A stretch of DNA of 64,000 nt from Nitrosopumilus sp. (GTDB taxonomy: Archaea > Thermoproteota > Nitrososphaeria > Nitrososphaerales > Nitrosopumilaceae): positions 1,824,001 through 1,888,000 of the forward strand of contig OZ240211.1 of assembly GCA_965197525.1 (NCBI GenBank), in the 5' to 3' direction. The position numbers and the translations under genes are program-made. The notes beneath the pieces were generated by a model. It was not told the origin of the DNA, ran no database searches, and was given only the letters and a program-made list of their open reading frames with translations. Below are positions 9,642 to 19,803 of the stretch, piece after piece. The first letter of the stretch is position 1. Each line of letters opens with the position of its first letter.

Positions 9642-10097
9642 ATGCATGTTAAAGATTTAGCTGAAGATTTTAGAAAAATGGGATATACTCCGTTTACTGT
9701 TAAAATTGAAAGACCTAATTTTTATCGACTAAGTGACGGTTCAATATTAAAACTATATTCCATACTCAATGGGATTGAGCTTGATCAAGCTAAACTAGAG
9801 GCTATCAGTATCAATGCGCAAAGCATTGTAACTGCATTTATTCCAAAAAATCTTAGAAAACAGCCATCGAATATTGTATACACACAAAAGGATTACATCA
9901 AACATATGGATGAGGAAGACATGGCGTTTGATGTGATTTTTGAAGATTTTAACCAATATGATTTAGATGGAAAATTCATTTTGAGCCTTAAGACAACTTT
10001 GTCACAAGTTAGTCGTACGAAACTATACAATATACGAGGAGAGCCTATTTATCTGACAAATACTGCCGCTATACCAAAAATTATAAATAAAAAGTAG
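9642..10097 (+). CDS. Hypothetical protein with internal duplication (likely start MHVKDL)
   Basis: Two similar halves: FTVKIERPNFYRLSDGSILKL and FDVIFEDFNQYDLDGKFILSL. Confidence 0.65.
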   Translation: MHVKDLAEDFRKMGYTPFTVKIERPNFYRLSDGSILKLYSILNGIELDQAKLEAISINAQSIVTAFIPKNLRKQPSNIVYTQKDYIKHMDEEDMAFDVIFEDFNQYDLDGKFILSLKTTLSQVSRTKLYNIRGEPIYLTNTAAIPKIINKK

Positions 10098-10152
10098 TAA
10101 AATCTCATGATTAATACATGATTTAATTTCAGCTTTTTTTAAAATACTGTTC

Positions 10153-10515
10153 GTGGAACTAAAACTTTGTGCAATAACAGGTTCTATAATTTTTGGACTG
10201 TTCCTGTTAATACCAAGTGTGAACATGCATGAACTAGGGCATGCAGTTGCTTGTGTAGGACAAGGTTTTGAGTTATTTGAAATCAATTTTCTTGCAAGTT
10301 ATGTAAGATGCTCGGATTCTGGCAATCAACTTGTCGATATTATGGGGGGTGCTACTGGAAGCATTTCCATGTTGTTATTTATATTTGAACGTGTCAAGCA
10401 CTCACATCATGCTGACGGTGACCCTTCGGGCCCAAACCATAAGGCTCTTGTCCCTTGCATCTTTTTGAGATCTTCCCATTTAGTATCGTCCATGCATCTA
10501 TGGAATAGGAGATGA
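10153..10515 (+). pseudogene. Truncated membrane zinc metalloprotease (M50-like HExxH)
   Basis: TM segment followed by HELGH; similarity appears lost after ~aa 78. Confidence 0.5.
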
Positions 10516-10586
10516 TCTACAAACTTTTCAATTATTTACACGCGAACTTTGAAACGTCGCCATAACATGATTAGTTACTGATATTT

Positions 10587-11372
10587 TCAATCTTCTATGT
10601 TCGTTTTAATATCTGGATTAAGAGCAATTGGATCTTTTGATGAAAGAATTTTTTTCTTGTACAGAAAATTGATTCTTCTTTTAATAAATCGTTTGTTGAA
10701 TTTTAATTCTTCATATAATGATTCATAGTTATCTTTGCCATTATATATAGCAAGAATTAACTCTTCATCATAATTCCTTAGGAATTTACCATATTGGTCA
10801 AGCAAGAAATTTCTGAATTTTGAATTAGATGTCAGTTTTTTCCTGTTCTTGGGAGTGATTTTCCATAACCAGATTGTGCATGATATGGCTATCCCATAAA
10901 CTATGACCAAAAAAAGCAATAGAAGATGCATCCCAAATATTCTTGATTCAACTTCATCCTTGCTTAAATACCATGTATCTGCAGTTCTGTCTTCTTCTGA
11001 AATCAGTGCATACCCAATACTAGTGTTGTTTTTTCCAACAAACGTTAAACTGCACTCAAAACCAATGGACATTTTTGGAAAATGAATTTTTAGATAGTCA
11101 TCAGTATCGACGTCATCACTTATGGTTCCTTCAAGACAGAAACTATCGGTCAAATTCATGTTATTTTTCTTTATGAACACATCAACATTTTTTGCCTGTA
11201 TAATTCCACGATTGGAGATAGCCAATGTTTCGATATGGCGCTCATTGTTTGTAGATTCTTCAATTGGTTCTAAATATAGAGTGGTCAGATATCCAAAATG
11301 ATTCACTATAGGAAATACAACAACTGCTGAAAGTGTAATCATGATTGCCACTATATTAAGCCATTTTTCCAT
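10587..11372 (-). CDS. Membrane protein with two TM helices and a possible C-terminal winged helix
   Basis: TM at the N-terminus and aa ~147-170; C-terminal YESLYEELKF..IKRRINFLYKKKIL. Confidence 0.65.
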   Translation of the reverse strand: MEKWLNIVAIMITLSAVVVFPIVNHFGYLTTLYLEPIEESTNNERHIETLAISNRGIIQAKNVDVFIKKNNMNLTDSFCLEGTISDDVDTDDYLKIHFPKMSIGFECSLTFVGKNNTSIGYALISEEDRTADTWYLSKDEVESRIFGMHLLLLFLVIVYGIAISCTIWLWKITPKNRKKLTSNSKFRNFLLDQYGKFLRNYDEELILAIYNGKDNYESLYEELKFNKRFIKRRINFLYKKKILSSKDPIALNPDIKTNIED

Positions 11373-11859
11373 TCAAATACAACCATGTGCTACATCAATT
11401 AAGATATTTCTAACGTTAATCAATATGCACTCAGATCCGGTGTCTGCGTAGGCACAAAAAAAAACGTAGTGCATTATAAAATCACACCTAGAACTAGATG
11501 GATCTGAGTGCATACCACACGTTTATGGCAAGTACCATACCTCCTGTTGGAATCATGCCAATGGCAAATGGCGTCCAAATCACAGTAGATGCCATGGGTA
11601 CAAATACAACTGCTAGAACGACTAAACTACTATTGTTACATCAAATTTATTCATGTGTTAAACTGCGTTTGATTTTTGTGTTTTCTAAATTATTCTAACA
11701 AAATAATTGATGGCCCCTGTAGAAATATATGAAAAAATAACAAAGAGATGAAAATCTTCATTGCCGGTCTTGCCTCTTTCACTCATAAAGAAGTTGAAAA
11801 ACCCTAGTGAAAATTACACTTAATTTTAATAAAGGGTTCCAACAGGTAGATTCTAAATA

Positions 11860-12537
11860 ATGAATTCAAATATCAAAGTATTTCTCAGTCATTCTCACAT
11901 GGACAAAAAAATCGCTTCTGAACTAAAATCGAATTTATCAAGATATGGATTGTCTGTTTTTCTTGCCCATGAAGATATTGAGGCAGGTGCACATTGGCCA
12001 TCCAAGTTGTATGAAGAAATTCAAAATTCAAAAATATTTATCATGCTGCTTACTAAAAACTTTCATTCTTCACAATATACAGATCAGGAAACCGGTATTG
12101 CAATTGGTTGTAAGAAAACGATCATACCAATTTGTATAGATGGAACAATACCCTACGGGTTTGCACATACTAGACAAGCAATAACCTGTTCGTATCCATT
12201 TGAAGAATCTAAAATTGAGAATATTGCAAAAATTTGTAAAATAAAGCCTGTATCTAACAGTTTCTCAGACTTGGATAAACTACTTTCAGAATTAGCAAAT
12301 TCTGATTCATATGCTGAATCTATAAGGATCTCTTCAAAATTAAAACAATATGGTAATTTTTCAGAATCTCAAATCTTTCAACTTATTTCAGCACTTGACA
12401 ATCCTCAGGTGTCTTACTCGTATGTTACCAACACGATCATAAATGAGATCCTAGAGGAGTACATTGATAATGCTAGGCCTGCTTTGCGTAGTTTACTAGA
12501 ACAATATCATGATCCTTCACATCCTTCTCTCAACTAG
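11860..12537 (+). CDS. TIR-domain protein
   Basis: VFLSHSHMD, DIEAGAHW, IFIMLLTKNF and YTDQETG (conserved catalytic Glu). Confidence 0.9.
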   Translation: MNSNIKVFLSHSHMDKKIASELKSNLSRYGLSVFLAHEDIEAGAHWPSKLYEEIQNSKIFIMLLTKNFHSSQYTDQETGIAIGCKKTIIPICIDGTIPYGFAHTRQAITCSYPFEESKIENIAKICKIKPVSNSFSDLDKLLSELANSDSYAESIRISSKLKQYGNFSESQIFQLISALDNPQVSYSYVTNTIINEILEEYIDNARPALRSLLEQYHDPSHPSLN

Positions 12538-12736
12538 GATTAAATAAACAATAATCAAATATTTTAATAGTATTATACTGTTCCAAACTAGGGACATTTG
12601 TCATTAGTGTTCAATTAGAAACATGTCACAGCTATATGTTTTCCGACTGTTAAATTAGAGACATAAAATTTGAATAGTTAGGTAATAATGGAACATATGT
12701 ACAGAAAATCCAATCCTAGTACAGTGTTTCTGTGTT

Positions 12737-13531
12737 CTACACCTTCATATTATACTTACACTTCTCAATTTGTCTATAAAGATAGCTAATAAAACTGAGT
12801 ATATCTAAAGCGTCTTGTTTGTTTATTTGGTGATCGGATTGAGGTTCATGTTCAACGGGGTTTCGTATTGCTTTCATCAAGCCCATACATAAATACATTA
12901 AGCCGTCTTGTAAATTTTGTTCTGTCATAGTTGTGTTTTTATTTAATTTTAATGAGCCATTCTGATTTAGTGCACTAGACATCAATTTACTGCCGTGTTC
13001 TGTTACTTTGGATTTTTTTGAAACACATTTTTCAAATGCTTTACAACATTCATCGACTGCATCAAAATAATGCTCTGCTTTAAATTGCGGTCTAGCATTT
13101 TTTGCTACTTGACTATGAAATTGTCGCATGTTGAACAAATTGTTATTTTTAATTGTTTTATTGGAGGTTCCTTGTTTTCTAGGAATTGCTTCTACTTTGT
13201 TTTGATTATTTATATGGAGAGAACAAGATTTCAAACACTCGTTAAATTTTTTGATAATTTTTTCTTGTCTCTTTGAGTTTCCGATATGTTCTTGAGAATC
13301 ACATATACTTTCTATAAGTACAAGAATTTTATCTGATCCTGATACATGTTGGATTTTTATAAAGATGTCATGTAGCTGGCTCCGTATTTTCCAAGATGTA
13401 ACAGAATAATCATCATCTATTTCTTTGAGAATTCTATTAATTTGGGATATTTCTCTAAACTCTTTAACGATGATCTTCGCAAATGCATACAGAGTAGGTG
13501 ATTTAAATTTCGTTATGTCGCCATTTATCAT
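12737..13531 (-). CDS. TIGR02391-family (AbiJ-like) HEPN protein
   Basis: HYFDAVDECCKAFE..GSKLM..EQNLQDGL..AIRNPVEH (RxxxxH)..DALDILSFISYL. Confidence 0.85.
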   Translation of the reverse strand: MINGDITKFKSPTLYAFAKIIVKEFREISQINRILKEIDDDYSVTSWKIRSQLHDIFIKIQHVSGSDKILVLIESICDSQEHIGNSKRQEKIIKKFNECLKSCSLHINNQNKVEAIPRKQGTSNKTIKNNNLFNMRQFHSQVAKNARPQFKAEHYFDAVDECCKAFEKCVSKKSKVTEHGSKLMSSALNQNGSLKLNKNTTMTEQNLQDGLMYLCMGLMKAIRNPVEHEPQSDHQINKQDALDILSFISYLYRQIEKCKYNMKV

Positions 13532-13574
13532 AATTTTATGTATTATTAACGCTCTAATAACCTCTTTTCATCCC

Positions 13575-14090
13575 AGTTATAGACGGATACAACGCATACA
13601 ACATGTTTGCCACAAAACAGAGATATCGGATACATCTGTTAGGTGATGCCAAAAAATACGCCATATAGAATGATGTCAATGATCTAACTATTACCTAGGT
13701 TACGGTCCTTGTACAAACGCATCAAAAACAAGGAATCTGCCAGCTGTGCAGAATACCTTGATCTGCAAAAGATGTCACTTCAAATAGCAAATGTGTACGG
13801 TTCATCTCACAAGTTGTGTAAAAAATTGGAAAATGCAATTCCGTACACGTTCACATTTTTACTGTATCCGGGTATACCGCTACATAACAATGCAGCAGAG
13901 CTTGAGATACGCGACGCATTAGTATTGCAGAGAAACGTGCGCCATCAGTTGTCAGAACCTGGAGGTATGCGTGTCTTTTCCGTGTTGATCTCTATTGCAC
14001 GTACATGTCACAAACAAGGGTTCTTCCAGCGTGTTGCAGCGTAAAATATGGTTATGAATTCTAACTGGAATCCGTTTGAACCACCGGATC
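13575..14090 (+). pseudogene. IS66-family transposase remnant
   Basis: DGYNAYN...QRYRIHLLGDAK (cf. QRCWAHLLR) and LHNNAAELEIR motifs; broken by stops and frameshifts. Confidence 0.8.
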
Positions 14091-14226
14091 AGTGTCAGAA
14101 AAAGATTCCAGTACCAGTAGTTACTGCATAATGTTAAGATAATGATGTTATATGTTATCTGATACCTCAATACTGGCAATTTGCCTATCTGGGTAAACAT
14201 GGGATCTGAGTGCTTAATGGTAATAG

Positions 14227-14408
14227 GTTATCTATGTACACTCTTTTTAAAGATTTTCTAGATTTTTGTGCGTTGGCGTACAGCATCAGCTGGGAATAGT
14301 GTTTCGCCAAGAAGATGGTTGGACACATATCTATACGAGCTCTATCACTCAGTACCATTCTCCATCCATTCATTAAGGTTAATTGCAGTTAGATCCAGAG
14401 CATAAAAC
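14227..14408 (-). repeat. Orphan inverted copy of the IS110 3' non-coding region
   Basis: Reverse complement aligns with 19032-19215 over ~185 bp at roughly 85% identity (by eye). Confidence 0.85.
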
Positions 14409-14502
14409 TATTATCTGCTAAATGATATATTGGATTTAATTTCATATGATTTAAAGACCAGGTTAAAATCAAAAAACTTCGGATCTTTTTACCCTTTCGC
14501 CC

Positions 14503-15477
14503 TCACTCAGATTCAAGCGTGACTGATATAGGAAAGTGGTCAGAAAATCCATTCTCATCATAAGTTCTGTTTCTGGAAGGACGGCCAAACCTGCGCGGCT
14601 TGCCTCTGCGTGCCATCTCAGATGAATTCTCAATTCTCATCGAATCCAGTTTAACTGATAGTCCTGTCTTCCTGCTAGGCAATAGTCCTTTTGAGACCAT
14701 CATCTGGTCAAGAGCAGATCCTGTTCCTCCATAATAGTGGGTACCCAATCCCTTGGCCATCAGAGGCCACATCAGGTTGTAGAATTTGGGTTTTCTGGCT
14801 CTCAGTACTTGTCCCTTATTATTAGTGGCCAGTGCATGTTCCATTACAGAGCGGTTAAATGGCTCGTCATTAAAATCCCCCATTGCGATTACTGCTACGT
14901 CTTTTCCGTGTACCTCTACTATTCTCTCATGAAAATATGCCAAGGTTTCACCAGCTATGAGCCTGTAGGGCTCAGACTCAAATGTTCCGCCCATTCTTGC
15001 AGGCCAGTGATTCCCCACCAGCACCAGCAGCCTGCCACTCTTCTTTATCTTCAGATTCACCTGGAACAGGTCCCGTGTCGCATTTCTTTTTACAATAAAG
15101 TGCGAAAATTTTTCTTTCAACTGAAATAAATCCGCATCGTAGATGAACGCAGTATCGATCCCACGGTTATCCTTGCCATCATAATGTGCAATTTTGTAAT
15201 TTCTCTCAAGGGGGATTTTAGTAGCTAGTTTTTTCAACACTTCTCTACTCTCTACCTCGCAGACTCCCAAGATGTCAGGCCCTGCACCGTCGTTTATCTG
15301 TACTATTATTTTTGATAGCTGTGAGATCTTTTTATTCAGAACAGTACTGTTCCATCCCTTTAACTCCTTTCCAAGCATGCGCTTCAGCTTGTTCCCACGT
15401 GGCGCATTTTGAGAATCAAAAAGGTTCTCAACATTCCACCAGGATATACAATATTCTTTCACGCGTATCCTATACAC
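14503..15477 (-). CDS. Endonuclease/exonuclease/phosphatase (EEP) family protein
   Basis: WNVENLFD, GVCEVE, NHWP, GDFND, LDQ and SDHFP motifs. Confidence 0.9.
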   Translation of the reverse strand: MYRIRVKEYCISWWNVENLFDSQNAPRGNKLKRMLGKELKGWNSTVLNKKISQLSKIIVQINDGAGPDILGVCEVESREVLKKLATKIPLERNYKIAHYDGKDNRGIDTAFIYDADLFQLKEKFSHFIVKRNATRDLFQVNLKIKKSGRLLVLVGNHWPARMGGTFESEPYRLIAGETLAYFHERIVEVHGKDVAVIAMGDFNDEPFNRSVMEHALATNNKGQVLRARKPKFYNLMWPLMAKGLGTHYYGGTGSALDQMMVSKGLLPSRKTGLSVKLDSMRIENSSEMARRGKPRRFGRPSRNRTYDENGFSDHFPISVTLESE

Positions 15478-15533
15478 ATCATTGTTTTAAGTATTATGTT
15501 CAAATCTATCATTTATACCTAATATGCTGTAAG

Positions 15534-15785
15534 CTAGCTGTCCTTGTTTGATGCAGCTGAAAATAAAAAAGTTGCAGCAGATCCAGCAATGCCTGAAAGA
15601 ATTGCAATCAAGGCAATGTTGTCCTCTTTCATCGTTACGAGTAAATTCAGCGTATAAAATAATATGGTCGTGGCAATTATTGTCCTGATTAACCGCGTCT
15701 GTTTTATAAAAGCCCCTGCTCCTTCCCAACGGGTTCCTTTCTTTGGATCAGTATCTTTTCCTGCAACCATGGTAAGACTTTGCAA
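15534..15785 (-). CDS. Small membrane protein (start uncertain)
   Basis: Two hydrophobic segments. Confidence 0.4.
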   Translation of the reverse strand: MQSLTMVAGKDTDPKKGTRWEGAGAFIKQTRLIRTIIATTILFYTLNLLVTMKEDNIALIAILSGIAGSAATFLFSAASNKDS

Positions 15786-15963
15786 TACAGAATAAAATAT
15801 TTCCGGATCACAAACATGTACACTGTCAATAGAACTGGGTAAAACAACATGTTTATTACCGACGCTGTTTACATGATAATTTGTTTTTGGGATATGTTAT
15901 TTGAATTGAAAAAATACTATGAATGATACCAAGATCATATGTCAAATTTCTTTTTTCAAAAAT

Positions 15964-16710
15964 TTAGATCAACTTGATTTTTTTCAAAGCCTCTGTCAAT
16001 CCTACTAACATATCTTCCATCTTCTTATGTGAGAAAGTTAGATAAGTAGCACGCATTTGTATGTTGGAGGGAATTTCAACTTTCTCTTCTGCAATAATTA
16101 TTACGGGCTTGTTAGTTGCCTGCCCAATCTCATCTATCACGTTTTGACTTGAATAAAAAACCTCTTGTCCATTTTTATCTGACTTGATGTCCTTTGTAAG
16201 TATGGCTAGTAGTGCGTTTGATTGACTAATCAAATCACTTGCTTGACTACTGGGAGACAAGTCTGCCCTTCCTGTTTCTTTAGCAGAAAGAACGGTGAAC
16301 CCTAGAGCCTTAAACAACCTACTCACTAGATCATAGAGATTATCATTCTTCTCCTGCATAGCAAAACTGATGAATATTGTAATACCTTCTAAAGAGAATG
16401 GTGGCATTCCCTCTTTGAAGGGAACAGACGTTCTCAAGGGCCCATCATCTGCACGATATCTAAACTCACATCTAATTCCTGAATTGCATTGAATAACTAC
16501 AAGTCCATTTTGTCTCCTTAGTTTGCGAATTTTTACCAGTTCAATGAGTTTAGAGCCAAAGGGTTTTACTTTGTCACGCTTAGTTTCATAAACTATACCT
16601 CCATTAGAATCAAAAAACTTTATCGAGTATTCCTGTTCGAGACTGCTTAAATTCACCAATATCATCTCGCTGTGCCCCCACTGCATGTCATAAATTCCGG
16701 TTAAATACAC
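15964..16710 (-). CDS. Beta-rich N-terminal domain fused to a C-terminal TIR-like domain
   Basis: TIFISFA..LLAILTKD..SSQNVIDEIG..PVIIIAE..IPSNI resembles CBASS/Pycsar-type TIR effectors. Confidence 0.7.
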   Translation of the reverse strand: MYLTGIYDMQWGHSEMILVNLSSLEQEYSIKFFDSNGGIVYETKRDKVKPFGSKLIELVKIRKLRRQNGLVVIQCNSGIRCEFRYRADDGPLRTSVPFKEGMPPFSLEGITIFISFAMQEKNDNLYDLVSRLFKALGFTVLSAKETGRADLSPSSQASDLISQSNALLAILTKDIKSDKNGQEVFYSSQNVIDEIGQATNKPVIIIAEEKVEIPSNIQMRATYLTFSHKKMEDMLVGLTEALKKIKLI

Positions 16711-16856
16711 TCCTTGACTATCTGACTATCTTATTTTAATGTTGAACAGATCTGTAAAATGCATTTCATTAAAAGTAAATTACAATATCAAATTTTGTTG
16801 CTATTTGCAATTTCTTACAAAATTGAGCATACGCTTTAATTGAATACGTTAGTAAT

Positions 16857-17378
16857 GTGAACATGAGCAAACATATACCAAACAACTACCCTGATGTGTC
16901 TGATGACATAACAGTAACTCTTGATACTATGTGTTTTATAGAAAAAGAAAAGGATGAAGATATTTCTAAATTATTTCAACTAAACCGTAACGGGTACATT
17001 ACAATATTTAAGACTGATGTTGCAGATACAGAAATGTCGGAATCCTCAAAAGAGAAAAGTAAAGACATTCCTGAAGATATGGGCGTTGGCCGTGTGTGTC
17101 ATAGCAGGATTGGTCATGCGATTGTGGGGGGAGAAGATGATTCGCTGTATCAAAACATCATGAACGTTGTTTTTCCTGAAACCAAAGGTGAGCCTCCAAA
17201 TAAAAATAAAGTTCGTGACGTTATGGCATTAACTGTTCATACTGAGAAAAAGCGAACCGTGTTTGTTACCAAGGATGGGGCAATTTGTAGGGCAAAAGAA
17301 TCATTAAAAAATCAATTTGGCATTACAGTCATGTCACCTCTTGAATGTGTTGAATACATATTGCAGAAATTCACTTAG
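16857..17378 (+). CDS. PIN-like domain protein
   Basis: TLDT near the N-terminus, E in ADTE, RD and FVTKD acidic pattern. Confidence 0.55.
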   Translation: MNMSKHIPNNYPDVSDDITVTLDTMCFIEKEKDEDISKLFQLNRNGYITIFKTDVADTEMSESSKEKSKDIPEDMGVGRVCHSRIGHAIVGGEDDSLYQNIMNVVFPETKGEPPNKNKVRDVMALTVHTEKKRTVFVTKDGAICRAKESLKNQFGITVMSPLECVEYILQKFT

Positions 17379-17649
17379 ATAACATCCAGTATGATATCTA
17401 TTACTTGAAATTACCAGTTTTAATTCGTAATTTGGCCTAAATTTTTCATCAGCTGTGTTACCACAACTGACATGGAATGAAATCTCACGGGAAAGCAAAA
17501 CTATCTCGTCAACCTACGTTTCCACCAGAAGAAAATCTCTTCTTCATCATAATTTTAGCTTACACTAGTATTTGTTGATTACTCATTTTTCTGCCAAAGA
17601 TGGATTCAAGCATTCAACATGGGCAGAGTGACTAAGCACCTAACCATAT

Positions 17650-18972
17650 GTGCTAAGCAGACAAAGAAATTCAGATGGTACAAAGCATAAACCGGCAGAC
17701 GGCAAGACATCTCGTGTAAAGAGGGTAAAAAAGACTGGAAAAACAAAGAAACAGATTACCCTCAAAAAGAGTGTAGCTGTGAAACAGAAATCCGTTATGC
17801 AAGCCAGGACTGCAACAAAACCCTCTGCTACAAGGATCAAAAAAACCAAGGTGGAGCAAAAAATATTTTTTGGGTTGGACCTGCACAAAAAATCCCTTCA
17901 GGTTGCGGCTGTAGATCCAAAAGGAAATCTTTTGATGAACAAGAGGATTGAAAACGACTTTAAGATAATCGAGCAAGAGTTTTCAGCGTTTCCAAAAAAT
18001 GCAAAATATGTATTGGAGTCATCATCCGTGTGGTATGGCGTATACCAAAAACTTGTGAGGGATCTGGATCTTGACGTGGTCATGTCAAACCCCTATCTTA
18101 CGCGCCTTATAGCAAAATCCAAAAAGAAGACCGACCGGTTTGATGCGCATGCACTAGCAGACCTGCTCAGGGGAGGTTACATCCATGAATCGTATGTCTC
18201 GCCTCCAAAAACCGTCGAGGAAAAACGGGCCATACGCTTTCGTACAAGAATGGTACGGAGCAGAACCAGTATGAAGAACATGATCCACGGCATACTGCTC
18301 CAAGAATCAATCAAGATTCCAGGACCCACATTTACATCTGCATTTAACAGGGCACTGCACGGCCTGAAGAATTGGAGGATAGATGAGTATCTGCAAGGCA
18401 TCAGATCCCTCGATGAGCGCATAGGCAGTGCCAATCTTAAGATAAACGACATGGTCAAAGACAACGAATATGCACAAATTCTCATGTCAATACCTGGAGT
18501 AGGCAAGTTTACCGCACTTTCCATCGCATCAGAGATAGATGATATCAGCAGATTCCAGAACCCTGACAAGCTAGTATCATACATTGGATTGGCTCCATCA
18601 GTGAGAAACTCTGCAGGAATAACACATCATGGAAAGATAACCCATGCCGGTAACGCGACTGTGCGATGGGTTCTCACAGAGGCTGCACTTGTACATAGGA
18701 TACATGCAAAAGAGACGACTGTCTTGACAGAGTTTTACAAACGTGTTGCAAGAAAGCGAGGAACAGCCAAGGCCATCGTTGCAACGGCGGCTAAGATGTT
18801 GCGTATTATATTTTGGATGCTAAAAAAACGAATTACCTTTGCAGAATGTCAAAGACAACGTACAGAATCATGTAGAAATGCAAAGGCAAAGCATTTGAAG
18901 AATATAAAGGATAAGAAAAGTGTAAAGAGTAAGAAAAGTGTAAAGAGTGTGAAACAACTTGCAAAAAAATGA
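17650..18972 (+). CDS. IS110-family DEDD transposase/recombinase
   Basis: GLDLHK, VLESS, KTDRFDA, SIPGVG and GLAPSVRNSAG; intact frame with Lys-rich terminal extensions. Confidence 0.95.
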   Translation: MLSRQRNSDGTKHKPADGKTSRVKRVKKTGKTKKQITLKKSVAVKQKSVMQARTATKPSATRIKKTKVEQKIFFGLDLHKKSLQVAAVDPKGNLLMNKRIENDFKIIEQEFSAFPKNAKYVLESSSVWYGVYQKLVRDLDLDVVMSNPYLTRLIAKSKKKTDRFDAHALADLLRGGYIHESYVSPPKTVEEKRAIRFRTRMVRSRTSMKNMIHGILLQESIKIPGPTFTSAFNRALHGLKNWRIDEYLQGIRSLDERIGSANLKINDMVKDNEYAQILMSIPGVGKFTALSIASEIDDISRFQNPDKLVSYIGLAPSVRNSAGITHHGKITHAGNATVRWVLTEAALVHRIHAKETTVLTEFYKRVARKRGTAKAIVATAAKMLRIIFWMLKKRITFAECQRQRTESCRNAKAKHLKNIKDKKSVKSKKSVKSVKQLAKK

Positions 18973-19215
18973 ATTGCGTATGACTGAATGTCAGGAGATT
19001 ATGGTTAGGGATTTGCGCGATGTAAAGTGTGAGTTTTTATGCTCGGAGCCTAACTGCGATTAACTCTAATGAATGGATGAAGAATGGTGCTGAGTGATAG
19101 TGCTCGTATAGATATGTGTCCAACCATCTTCTAAGTGAAACATTATTCCTAGCCTGCGCTGTACTCCAACGCACAAAAATCCAGAAAATCTTTAAAAAGA
19201 GTGCACATAGATAAC
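17650..19215 (+). mobile_element. IS110-family element; left boundary unresolved, ~240-bp 3' non-coding end
   Basis: Transposase plus a downstream region repeated elsewhere and ending ACATAGATAAC. Confidence 0.75.
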
Positions 19216-19335
19216 TTTACAGTCTCGAAACAAATACGACTCTATGTCCCGAATTTAACACCATGTCGAAAACTCCCAAGTTTGTAACAGTGTATTCTAG
19301 TCATAACATAGATAATACCAATACTTGAACTGAGT

Positions 19336-19803
19336 TTGTTGGAATTGATTGAATTTATTTCACTGCTTGTAGTCATCGTCACTATTCAAATATTGTTCGC
19401 CAGATATGCTGAGGACATCATACGGAATAAATCACAGAAGAAATCTACCTCGGTACAACTATGTATGAAGTTATCAGAAAAGTGGGAAAGTGACGACATG
19501 TTTACAAAAATGATTCTCAAACTGAAAAAACCCCATACTGAGTTCATAGATAAGGATGATAATGTGCACTCTGTTCTGAGTAAATTTGATAACATAGCCT
19601 TATTATGGAAAGACAAAACGATAACCGAGACACATGTACAATGGTTCTTCGGGAAGAATATAGTCCGTATTACTGCCAACAAATCCGTAATGAAAATCTT
19701 AGACAAGTATCACAACGAAGATGTTAAGAATAACTACAACCATCTCAAGAAACTGTTAAAAGAATCTAAAAGTTGGAAGATATCTCCTTATCCGTCTGAA
19801 TAA
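19336..19803 (+). CDS. Membrane-anchored protein, DUF4760-like
   Basis: N-terminal TM; VLSKFDNIALLWKDKTI..FFG pattern. Confidence 0.5.
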   Translation: MLELIEFISLLVVIVTIQILFARYAEDIIRNKSQKKSTSVQLCMKLSEKWESDDMFTKMILKLKKPHTEFIDKDDNVHSVLSKFDNIALLWKDKTITETHVQWFFGKNIVRITANKSVMKILDKYHNEDVKNNYNHLKKLLKESKSWKISPYPSE

